Position numbers and translations under genes: made by a program. Under the pieces are notes generated by a model. That model saw nothing but the letters and a program-made list of their open reading frames with translations. It was not told the origin of the DNA and searched no databases. DNA of 19,929 nt from positions 1 through 19,929 of the forward strand of contig JANLWX010000164.1 in NCBI GenBank assembly GCA_031364845.1. Direction: 5' to 3'. Shown in pieces: positions 1-7,838 of this stretch. Position 1 is the first letter of the stretch, and each line of letters begins with the position of its first letter. The DNA is from Candidatus Eiseniibacteriota bacterium. Lineage in GTDB: Bacteria; Eisenbacteria; RBG-16-71-46.

Positions 1-65
1 GCCTCCAGTAATACCTCTCGCATCTTCATCGCTCGCTCCTTGGCGGTGGGTGAATAGGCCTGCAT
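1..65 (-). CDS. Partial (N-terminal 21 aa) ISNCY/IS1202-family transposase
   Basis: AGGAGG, 5 nt, ATG at 65. Translates MQAYSPTAKERAMKMREVLLE(A), matching the recalled 'YPxxAxERAMKVQEVILRA' N-terminus of ISNCY-type transposases. Runs off the window and is absent from the ORF track. Confidence 0.65.
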   Translation of the reverse strand, partial: MQAYSPTAKERAMKMREVLLE

Positions 66-140
66 CAGCTCCTCCTGGGTGGGAGAAGCCGCCGGTCTAT
101 CACCCCCGCCGCTGAGCGGTCACATCATGTGCTCTCTACA
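1..140 (-). mobile_element. Left end of a putative IS1202-family (ISNCY-type) insertion sequence, truncated by the window edge
   Basis: Read on the minus strand from 140 the sequence is TGTAGAGAGCACATGATGTGACCGCT..., i.e. a TGT terminus. Two related internal motifs follow (ATGATGTGACCG at 128-117, GTGATAGACCG at 103-93), then AGGAGG and a transposase-like start at 65. The end resembles the terminus at 19792. Family call is from recalled end structure. Confidence 0.65.
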
Positions 141-156
141 CTCGCAAACTAATCTC

Positions 157-185
157 TTGACGGAATACGAATCACGACGCAGACT
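157..185 (+). promoter_or_regulatory. Possible sigma70-type promoter for the 318..3167 gene
   Basis: TTGACG (157-162), 17 nt, CAGACT (180-185). The -35 and spacing are good; the -10 is imperfect. Confidence 0.35.
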
Positions 186-317
186 TCCTTCGCTGCATGT
201 GGTGTTACTCCCCCTCCTCGCACACCCACCTCACAATCCGCCGCGTTGATCTCATGACACCGTCCTGAAGCGAGCCGCCTCGCCGCCGCGAGTTCAGCCG
301 AGCCGCAGGGGACACTC

Positions 318-3167
318 ATGCTCAAAAGGTTGGCCGGGGCGCTGTTGCCTGCCCTGTTCTGCGTGACATCCATCGCATCCGCCGGCACCCACTCCATCGA
401 TACACTCGCCCCCTCCTCGCATATCAATGATATTGCGAGCGCGCGTTCCACCATCGCGAAGCCGCCAACGCCAACCACCCCTTCACACTCCGCGAACTCG
501 GCGATGAGCTCATCGTCGGTCGCCGCTGCGCCCGTGGCCGTACTCGGCGTTCGCGTTCCTGCACCGGGGCTCGCACCGTTTCGCGCTCACCCATCCCGCA
601 ACTATTCCGAACCTTCGACACCGCGTCCCGGTTATCTCGCACCCATGATCGACTCGACGTTCGGCACTCGCATCACCCGTGTCGCCGGCGACGCAGGCAC
701 GTCGATCGGCGGCGGCGTCTCGGGAACATGGGGAGCCGACGCGCGGCACCACTACTCCAAGGACCAGCCGTGGAACGCGGACGGTTCGCTGCTCGCGCTC
801 CAGAACAATGGCGGCGGGATCGTGCTGCTGGACGGCGAGACCTACCAGCCCCGCAAGGGCCGCTGCACGAACTTCAGCGTCGGTGACGACCGCTGGCACC
901 CGAGCATGGCCCATCGCAACGAGCGGATCAGTGTCCGCGGCACCGATCTGTTCTGGTACGACGCGGTGCAGTGCGTGAAAACCCGTACGTGGACGCTGCC
1001 GTTCGCCGTGGACTTCTTCGGACCGAGCGAAGGGAACACGTCGCTGGACGGCCGCTTCGCGGCCTTCACCGACGGCAGGCGGATGTTCGTCGTGGACATG
1101 GACCCGCAGGCGCCGCTCGCGGCGTATCCCAACTCACGCATCGGACCCGCGGTCAACATCGACGACTGCGGACTCGCGGGGGGCTGCGTGGTCGACTGGG
1201 TGTCGGTCTCGCCCTCGGGCAAGTACGTGGTCGTCAACTACGACGGCGACATCCCGCGGGTCTTCGATGTGAATCCCGAGACGCTCGCGCTGACCGCGCG
1301 CGCGCTGCCATCCGGTTCTCCGCGCTGCCACGGCACCGCGGCCCAGGGCTTCATCTACGACCTCGGCCACGCCGACATGACGCTCAATCCGTTCGACGGC
1401 GACGAGGACGTCATCATCGGTCAGGAGAGCTGCGGGAACAGCGGCCGTCGAGTGAACGGCGTCGTGATGAGTTCGGTCGTGATGGTGCGACTGCGCGACG
1501 GCGTTGCGACGCCGTTGACGAATCCGTCGAACGAGGCCCAGGCCCACCACATCTCGACCCGCAACTACGACCGTCCGGGTTGGGTCTATATCGGCTATCA
1601 CGTGGCACCCGGCGAAACGTTCAACGATGAGATCGTGGCCGTGAAACTCGACGGCAGTGCGACCGCCGAGCGGTTCGCGCACAAGCACAGCAACTACAGC
1701 AGCTGCTATCGCTGCGAGTCGCACTCCGTGCCCTCGCGCGACGGGCGGCGGGTGCTGTGGGCGTCCAACTGGACCACCCAGTGCACCACGTGCGGTACCG
1801 GCAACGATGTGAAGCCTTACGTCGTGGACGCGCGCGCCGAGGCGCGTCCCGGACTCACCCCAGTCGCACCGCACGCGATTCTCGCCGACGCTTCGCGCTC
1901 CACCGATTCCGACGGGCGCATCGCTTCGTACACGTTCGACTTCGGTGACGGAAAGAAGGCCGGCCCGCAACTGTCCCCGTTCGCGCCCCACATCTATCCC
2001 GCCGGGCGCTGGAATCTGAAGCTCACAGTGACGGACGACTCGGGCGCCACCACCACCGCCACCCAGCTCATCGAGGTCGCGAGCGTCGGCAGCAATCAGC
2101 CGCCACTGGCGGTGCTCACGATGACGCCGTCGTCGGGAGTGGCACCGCTCAACGTGGTCGCCGACGCCTCGGCCTCTTCGGATCCGGAAGGCGCACTCGC
2201 CTCCTATCGCTTCGACTTCGGGGATGGCACCGTGATCTCGGGCGTGACACCCGCGCTCCCGCACGTCTATGCGGTGGGCACGTGGAACGCGACGCTGACC
2301 GTCACGGACTCGCTCGGTGCACAGTCGGTCGCCAGCGCGCGCGTCACGGTGGATGCGCCGCCGCCACCGGATTCGCTCACCCTCAACCTGGTCGGCAACC
2401 CGTCATTCGAATCGAACCTCGACGGCTGGAAGGCCTACAACGGCGCCACCATCCAGCGTGTTCGCGGCGGCACGACCGGCGCGTGGTGCCTCGCGGTTCA
2501 GGCCCCGTTGGTCGGAAGTGTCTTCGGAGTCAACGACAGTCCGAACTGGATCAGCAAAGTCCCGGCCGCCGGCACCCGTTACCGCATCGCGGCCTTCGTG
2601 CGAGCGCTCGGGCTGATGGGGGCCGTGCGCATCCAGATCCGGGAATGGAACAGGGGGACTCAGCAGGGCAAGACGGTGTACTCGGCTCCGGTCCGCCTCG
2701 GACTCATGTGGCAGGAACTGTCGGTCGAAATCACCGCCGCCAAGCAGGGCAGCACGATCGATGTTCAGGTGATCGAGGAGCCCGTGCTCGGGCGCGAGAA
2801 CTTCTACATCGACGACGTCTCGATCCGGATCCTCGCCCCGCGGTCCGAAGCCGAACTCGGATCTCGGCCTGCAACGGAACTCGCAGTACTCGATCTGCCG
2901 CCGCGCGTCTCGCCAAATCCCATGTTCGGACGGGGAACCGTGGAACTGCGGACCGCGTTGCCGGGCCCGCTTCGCATCGCGCTCTACGATGCCGCGGGAC
3001 GCGAGGTTCGCGTCCTGTGCGACCAGCAGTTCGCCCCGGCGGGAACGCACCGCCTCGAAATCGACGGCCGCAGCGCGGCCGGCGCCGCACTGCCGGCCGG
3101 CGTCTACTTCTATCAAGTGCAATCCTCCGCCGGCCGCGCGAACGGACGTTTCGTGATGTCCCGTTGA
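318..3167 (+). CDS. Secreted modular protein (949 aa): signal peptide, S/P/A-rich linker, Cys-rich putative beta-propeller, 2 PKD domains, CBM4/9-like domain, FlgD-Ig/T9SS-CTD-like tail
   Basis: AGGGG upstream of ATG; signal peptide MLKRLAGALLPALFCVTSIASA. Propeller-type motifs WNADGS, SLDGRF, VSPSGKY, PSRDGRRVLWASNW. PKD motifs SYTFDFGDG...LTVTDDSG and SYRFDFGDGT...LTVTDSLG. CBM-like NLVGNPSFE...FYIDDVSI. Tail SPNP...LYDAAGREVRVL...DGRSAAGAALPAGVYFY. Confidence 0.88.
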   Translation: MLKRLAGALLPALFCVTSIASAGTHSIDTLAPSSHINDIASARSTIAKPPTPTTPSHSANSAMSSSSVAAAPVAVLGVRVPAPGLAPFRAHPSRNYSEPSTPRPGYLAPMIDSTFGTRITRVAGDAGTSIGGGVSGTWGADARHHYSKDQPWNADGSLLALQNNGGGIVLLDGETYQPRKGRCTNFSVGDDRWHPSMAHRNERISVRGTDLFWYDAVQCVKTRTWTLPFAVDFFGPSEGNTSLDGRFAAFTDGRRMFVVDMDPQAPLAAYPNSRIGPAVNIDDCGLAGGCVVDWVSVSPSGKYVVVNYDGDIPRVFDVNPETLALTARALPSGSPRCHGTAAQGFIYDLGHADMTLNPFDGDEDVIIGQESCGNSGRRVNGVVMSSVVMVRLRDGVATPLTNPSNEAQAHHISTRNYDRPGWVYIGYHVAPGETFNDEIVAVKLDGSATAERFAHKHSNYSSCYRCESHSVPSRDGRRVLWASNWTTQCTTCGTGNDVKPYVVDARAEARPGLTPVAPHAILADASRSTDSDGRIASYTFDFGDGKKAGPQLSPFAPHIYPAGRWNLKLTVTDDSGATTTATQLIEVASVGSNQPPLAVLTMTPSSGVAPLNVVADASASSDPEGALASYRFDFGDGTVISGVTPALPHVYAVGTWNATLTVTDSLGAQSVASARVTVDAPPPPDSLTLNLVGNPSFESNLDGWKAYNGATIQRVRGGTTGAWCLAVQAPLVGSVFGVNDSPNWISKVPAAGTRYRIAAFVRALGLMGAVRIQIREWNRGTQQGKTVYSAPVRLGLMWQELSVEITAAKQGSTIDVQVIEEPVLGRENFYIDDVSIRILAPRSEAELGSRPATELAVLDLPPRVSPNPMFGRGTVELRTALPGPLRIALYDAAGREVRVLCDQQFAPAGTHRLEIDGRSAAGAALPAGVYFYQVQSSAGRANGRFVMSR

Positions 3168-3187
3168 GATCCGCTTTTCGCTGAAGC

Positions 3188-3231
3188 CACGACCGGCGGT
3201 CACCCTCCGAGGTGGCCGCCGGTGCGTGTTT
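3188..3231 (+). terminator. GC-rich hairpin, putative intrinsic terminator after the first gene
   Basis: ACCGGCGGTCACC (3192-3204) pairs with GGTGGCCGCCGGT (3211-3223): 13 bp with one G-U and a 6-nt loop, extendable by CACG/CGTG. Followed by only a short TTT. Confidence 0.55.
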
Positions 3232-3239
3232 GCGCGCAA

Positions 3240-3248
3240 TGGTAACGT
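3240..3248 (+). promoter_or_regulatory. Extended -10 element positioned for a leaderless lhr transcript
   Basis: TG-G-TAACGT (TGnTAnnnT) ends 6 nt before the GTG at 3255. No Shine-Dalgarno sequence is visible. Confidence 0.5.
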
Positions 3249-3254
3249 TCCCGG

Positions 3255-6200
3255 GTGACGAAACGCGCGAGTCCTCTCGACCTGTTCCACCCCGCCGTCG
3301 CCGACTGGTTCGGCCGCTCCTTCGGCGCTCCCACACTCGCCCAGGCCCGCGGCTGGCCGGCGATCGCGCGCGGTGAATCGACGCTGATCCTCGCTCCGAC
3401 CGGCGGTGGCAAGACACTCGCCGCATTCCTGTGGGCGATCGAGCGGGTCATGTTCGCGCCGGTCCCCGACAAGCGTTCGCGCTGCCGCGTGCTCTACATC
3501 TCCCCGCTCAAGGCGCTTGCCGTGGACGTCGAGCGCAACCTGCGCGCGCCGCTGGTGGGGATCGCGAACACCGCGTCCGGACGCGGCGATGCTCACGTGA
3601 TCCCGCAGGTCGCGGTGCGCACGGGCGACACGCCGGCGCTGGAACGCGCGCGCATGCTGCGCGCTCCGGCCGACATCCTCATCACCACGCCGGAATCGCT
3701 CTATCTCATGCTCACCTCGCAGGTGCGCGAGACGCTGGCGTCGATCGACACCGTGATCATCGATGAGATCCACGCGCTGGTTCCCTCGAAGCGGGGTGCG
3801 CATCTGGTGCTGTCGCTCGAGCGCCTCGATCGCCTCGCCGGGCGGCCGCTCCAGCGCATCGGCCTGTCCGCGACACAGCGCCCGCTCGAGGAGATCGCGA
3901 GGTTCCTCGGCGGCGCCGATCCGGTGCGCCGGCCGGTGACGCGTGCGGCGCGGGCGGTACCACCGTCCGCGCGCCGCGGACGTCGTGCCACCGAGTCCGC
4001 GCCCGAGATCACGCTTCACGACGAGTTCGCGAGCCCAGGTGCGGCCGCGCGCTGGCGGCCGGTCACGATCGTCGACACCGGTGAGCGCAAGCAGCTTTCG
4101 CTGCGCATCGAGGTCCCGGTCGAGGACATGGCGCGCCTCGGCGAGACGATCGCGATCCCGAGCGGCCCCGCCGCACAGGGCGCGGTGCGCACCTCGATCT
4201 GGTCCGCGATCCACCCGCGGCTGCTCGAGTTGATTCGCGAACGCCGCACCACGCTGATCTTCGTCAACAGCCGCCGACTCGCCGAGCGTCTCGCGGGGGC
4301 GCTCAACGAACTCGCCGCGGACACGCTGGTGCGCGCTCATCATGGCTCCATCGCGCGGCCGCAGCGCATCGAGATCGAGGACCAGTTGAAGGCCGGCACT
4401 CTGCGCGCGCTGGTCGCGACCTCATCGCTCGAACTCGGCATCGACATGGGTGCGGTCGATCTCGTCGTCCAGATCGAAGCGCCACCGTCGGTCGCGAGCG
4501 GCATGCAGCGCATCGGGCGCGCGGGCCATCAGGTCGGCGCGCGATCGAACGGCGTCATCGTGCCCAAGTTCCGCGGCGACCTGGTGGCGTGCGCGGCGGT
4601 GGCGCGGGCGATGCACGAGGGCCGCATCGAGGCGATCCGTTTTCCGCGCAATCCGCTCGACGTGCTGTCGCAGCAGATCGTGGCGATGGTGTCGATGGAC
4701 GACTGGACGACCGACGATCTGTACGATGCGGTGCGGTCGGCCGCACCGTTCGCGGAGCTCGCGCGCGGCAGCTTCGACGGCGTGCTCGACATGCTCACCG
4801 GCCGCTTCCCCTCCGACGACTTCGCCGACCTGCGGCCGCGCGTCACGTGGGACCGCGTGCGCGGCACGCTCGTCGCGCGTCAGGGTGCGAAGCGGGTGGC
4901 GATCACGAACGCGGGCACCATTCCGGATCGCGGCCTCTACGGCGTGTTCCTCGCGGGCGCCGGTCCGGGTGCCGCACGCGTCGGGGAGCTCGACGAAGAG
5001 ATGGTGTTCGAATGCCGCCGTGGCGAGACGTTCGTGCTCGGGGCCTCGACGTGGCGGATCGAAGAGATCACGCACGACCGGGTGCTTGTGTCTCCGGCAC
5101 CCGGCGAGCCGGGCCGCATGCCGTTCTGGAAGGGCGACCAGGCCAGCCGGCCGCTCGAGTTCGGGCAGGTGATCGGCGCGCTCGTGCGACGGCTGCGCGG
5201 CATGACGGGGCCTGCAGCGATCGAAGTCCTCACGCGCGAACACGATCTCGAGCTTGGAGCCGCCGAGAATCTCATGCGCTATCTCGCCGACCAGGCGGCC
5301 GCGACCGGCGGCATCGTGCCCGACGACCGCACGATCCTGATCGAACGGGTGCGCGACGAACTCGGCGACTGGCGGGTTTCGGTGCTGACTCCGTTCGGGG
5401 GCCGCATCCATGCGCCGTGGGCGATGGCGGTCACCGAGCGCGTGCGCGTGGAGCGCGGGCTCCACGTCGAGACGATGTGGAGCGACGACGGATTCGTCGT
5501 GCGCTTCCCCGAGACCGAAGCGCCGCCCGAGCCGGCGCTCATGCTGCCCGATCCGGACGAGGCTGAAGCGCTCGTGCTGCGCCAGCTCGGCTCGACCTCG
5601 ATGTTCGCGTCCAAGTTCCGCGAGGCGGCCGGGCGCGCGCTGCTGCTCCCGCGCCGCCATCCCGGCCGGCGGGCGCCGCTGTGGCACCAGCGCAAACGCG
5701 CGCACGATCTGTTGTCGGTGGCATCGAAGTTCGGCTCGTTTCCGATCCTGCTCGAAACCTATCGTGAGTGTCTGCGCGACGTGTTCGACCTGCCGGCGCT
5801 GGTGGACACGCTGCGCGGGGTCCAGACGCGCGCGATTCGCGTCGGCGTGGCGGACACGACCACACCGTCGCCGTTCGCGGCGAGCCTGTTGTTCGCCTAC
5901 GTCGCGAACTACGTTTACGACGGCGATGCTCCGCTCGCCGAGCGCCGCGCGCAGGCGCTGTCGATCGACCATGCGCAACTGCGCGAGTTGCTCGGCGACG
6001 CGGAACTGCGCCAGTTGCTCGATGCCGATATCATCGACGAGGTCGCGCGGCGCCTGCGCGTGCTCGAGCCGCGCCAGCGCACGCGATCGATCGACGGCAT
6101 CCACGACCTGCTGCTGCGGCTCGGCGATCTCACGACGGACGAACTCGCTGAGCGCGTCGACGGCCTCGACATGACAGCGGCGCTGCAGTCGCTCGAGCAG

Positions 6201-7838
6201 CAGCGGCGGGCCGTGAGCGCCGGCGTCGCCGGGGAAGCGCGCTGGATTCCCGCGGAGTACGCGGGCCGTTACCGCGACGCGCTCGGGATTCCGCTCCCGG
6301 CCGGGCTGCCGGAATCGCTGCTCACGCGCGTCGACGACGCGCCGTCGGACCTCGCCCGGCGCTATGCCCGCACCCACGGGCCGTTCACGGTGTCCGACTT
6401 CGCCGGACGCTACGGACTTCCGGAAGCGCTCGCCTCCTTGGTGCTCGCGGACCTCACGGCCTCGGGCGCGCTGCTCGAGGGCGAGTTTCGTCCGGGCGGC
6501 ACCCGGCGCGAGTGGTGCGATCCCGAGGTCCTGCGCGAGATCCGGCAGCGCTCGCTCGCGCGCGTGCGCAAGCAGGTCGAGCCGGTCGAGCCCGCGGTGC
6601 TGGGCCGCATGATCGCGCGCTGGCACGGCGTGGTCGCTCCGCGGCGCGGGCTCGAGGCGCTGCTGGTTGTCGTCGAACATCTCCAGGGCGCGGCGGTCCA
6701 CGCCTCGCTGCTCGAGTCCGCGATCCTGCCCGCGCGCATCGCCGACTACCGCCCCTCCGACCTCGATGCGCTGATCGCCGCGGGCGAAGTCGTGTGGGCG
6801 GGCGTGGAACCGCTCGGAGATCACGATGGCAGGCTCGCGCTCTATCTCACCGATCATGTTCCGCGGCTCATGCATCCGCGCGCCGACACCGCACTCGGAG
6901 CACGCGAGCAACGCATCGTCGATCACCTGCGCGGAGCCGGCGCATCGTTCTTTCCGCAGATCCACGAAGCCGCGGGCGGCGGCTACCCGAACGACACGAT
7001 CGATGCGCTGTGGACCCTCGTGTGGCATGGCCTGCTGACCAACGATTCGCTCCACGCGCTGCGCGCGCATGTCGCCGCCGGCCGCGTGCGGCGGCGCGGG
7101 CGCCCGCTCGGGCCCGCGTTTCGCACGCGGCGTACGACCCCGCTCTCGGGATCCGGGCGCTGGTCGCTCGTCGCGGCCGGCACTCCGGCAACGGTGACGC
7201 CGACCGAGCGCTCGGCGGCGCTCGCCACGCAGTTGCTCCTGCGTCACGGGCTGATCACCCGCGAGATCGCGGCCGCCGAAGGCATCCCGGGCGGGTTCAC
7301 CGCGGTCTACGACGCGCTGCGCGTGATGGAGGAAGCCGGCCGCATCCGGCGCGGCTACTTCGTACGCGGTGTCGCCGCCAATCAGTTCGCGATGCCCGCG
7401 GCACTCGATCTGTTGCGCTCGCTGCGCGAAGAGCCCGCACCGCCCGACGTGGTGCGGCTCGCAGCCGCGGACCCCGCGAATCCTTACGGCACCCTGCTGC
7501 CATGGCCGCGCCGTCCCGAAGGGCGCGGACCCACGCGCACCGCCGGGGCGAGCGTGATCCTCGTGAACGGCCAATTGGGAGCGTGGATCGGGCGCGGGCG
7601 CCAGATCATCGTGAACCTCCCGGACGAAGAACCGCAGCGCTCCACGGTCGCGCGCGCGGTGGCGGACCGGCTCGCGCAGATGGCCATCGAAGGCGATCTG
7701 CTCATTCAGGAGATCGACGGAGAGCCGCCCGCGCGCCATCCGCTCGCGCCGTCACTGGTCGAAGCGGGATTCGCGTTGTCCCCCGCCGGATTCCAGATCC
7801 GCTCGCGGCGGCCGCTCGAGGTCCCGGCCGGTGCCTGA
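3255..7838 (+). CDS. lhr: Full-length Lhr ATP-dependent SF2 helicase (1527 aa) with C-terminal winged-helix/AlkZ-like extension
   Basis: Q motif PTLAQ; Walker A APTGGGKT; LYISPLKAL; RTGDT; LITTPESLYLML; DEIH; GLSAT; HHGS; ATSSLELGIDMG; QRIGRAGH. Lhr-typical GTIPDRGLY, VGELDEEMVFE and LGASTWRI. C-terminal GRWS, RRGYFV and AADPANPYG. GTG start. Confidence 0.96.
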   Translation: MTKRASPLDLFHPAVADWFGRSFGAPTLAQARGWPAIARGESTLILAPTGGGKTLAAFLWAIERVMFAPVPDKRSRCRVLYISPLKALAVDVERNLRAPLVGIANTASGRGDAHVIPQVAVRTGDTPALERARMLRAPADILITTPESLYLMLTSQVRETLASIDTVIIDEIHALVPSKRGAHLVLSLERLDRLAGRPLQRIGLSATQRPLEEIARFLGGADPVRRPVTRAARAVPPSARRGRRATESAPEITLHDEFASPGAAARWRPVTIVDTGERKQLSLRIEVPVEDMARLGETIAIPSGPAAQGAVRTSIWSAIHPRLLELIRERRTTLIFVNSRRLAERLAGALNELAADTLVRAHHGSIARPQRIEIEDQLKAGTLRALVATSSLELGIDMGAVDLVVQIEAPPSVASGMQRIGRAGHQVGARSNGVIVPKFRGDLVACAAVARAMHEGRIEAIRFPRNPLDVLSQQIVAMVSMDDWTTDDLYDAVRSAAPFAELARGSFDGVLDMLTGRFPSDDFADLRPRVTWDRVRGTLVARQGAKRVAITNAGTIPDRGLYGVFLAGAGPGAARVGELDEEMVFECRRGETFVLGASTWRIEEITHDRVLVSPAPGEPGRMPFWKGDQASRPLEFGQVIGALVRRLRGMTGPAAIEVLTREHDLELGAAENLMRYLADQAAATGGIVPDDRTILIERVRDELGDWRVSVLTPFGGRIHAPWAMAVTERVRVERGLHVETMWSDDGFVVRFPETEAPPEPALMLPDPDEAEALVLRQLGSTSMFASKFREAAGRALLLPRRHPGRRAPLWHQRKRAHDLLSVASKFGSFPILLETYRECLRDVFDLPALVDTLRGVQTRAIRVGVADTTTPSPFAASLLFAYVANYVYDGDAPLAERRAQALSIDHAQLRELLGDAELRQLLDADIIDEVARRLRVLEPRQRTRSIDGIHDLLLRLGDLTTDELAERVDGLDMTAALQSLEQQRRAVSAGVAGEARWIPAEYAGRYRDALGIPLPAGLPESLLTRVDDAPSDLARRYARTHGPFTVSDFAGRYGLPEALASLVLADLTASGALLEGEFRPGGTRREWCDPEVLREIRQRSLARVRKQVEPVEPAVLGRMIARWHGVVAPRRGLEALLVVVEHLQGAAVHASLLESAILPARIADYRPSDLDALIAAGEVVWAGVEPLGDHDGRLALYLTDHVPRLMHPRADTALGAREQRIVDHLRGAGASFFPQIHEAAGGGYPNDTIDALWTLVWHGLLTNDSLHALRAHVAAGRVRRRGRPLGPAFRTRRTTPLSGSGRWSLVAAGTPATVTPTERSAALATQLLLRHGLITREIAAAEGIPGGFTAVYDALRVMEEAGRIRRGYFVRGVAANQFAMPAALDLLRSLREEPAPPDVVRLAAADPANPYGTLLPWPRRPEGRGPTRTAGASVILVNGQLGAWIGRGRQIIVNLPDEEPQRSTVARAVADRLAQMAIEGDLLIQEIDGEPPARHPLAPSLVEAGFALSPAGFQIRSRRPLEVPAGA

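Noticed and set aside
141..175. Possible dif/Xer site next to the IS ends (also 19745-19791), since some IS1202-family members target them
   Set aside because: No convincing XerC-6 nt-XerD (TTATGTTAAAT-like) arrangement at either flank. GCGTTAAAC near 19750 is only a partial match and is too far from the end.
4422..7739. 1105-aa minus-strand ORF (also 2403..4343 and 1134..2264)
   Set aside because: Antisense shadows of lhr and the first gene. They are Arg/Ala-rich with no recognisable motifs, as expected from high-GC codon bias.
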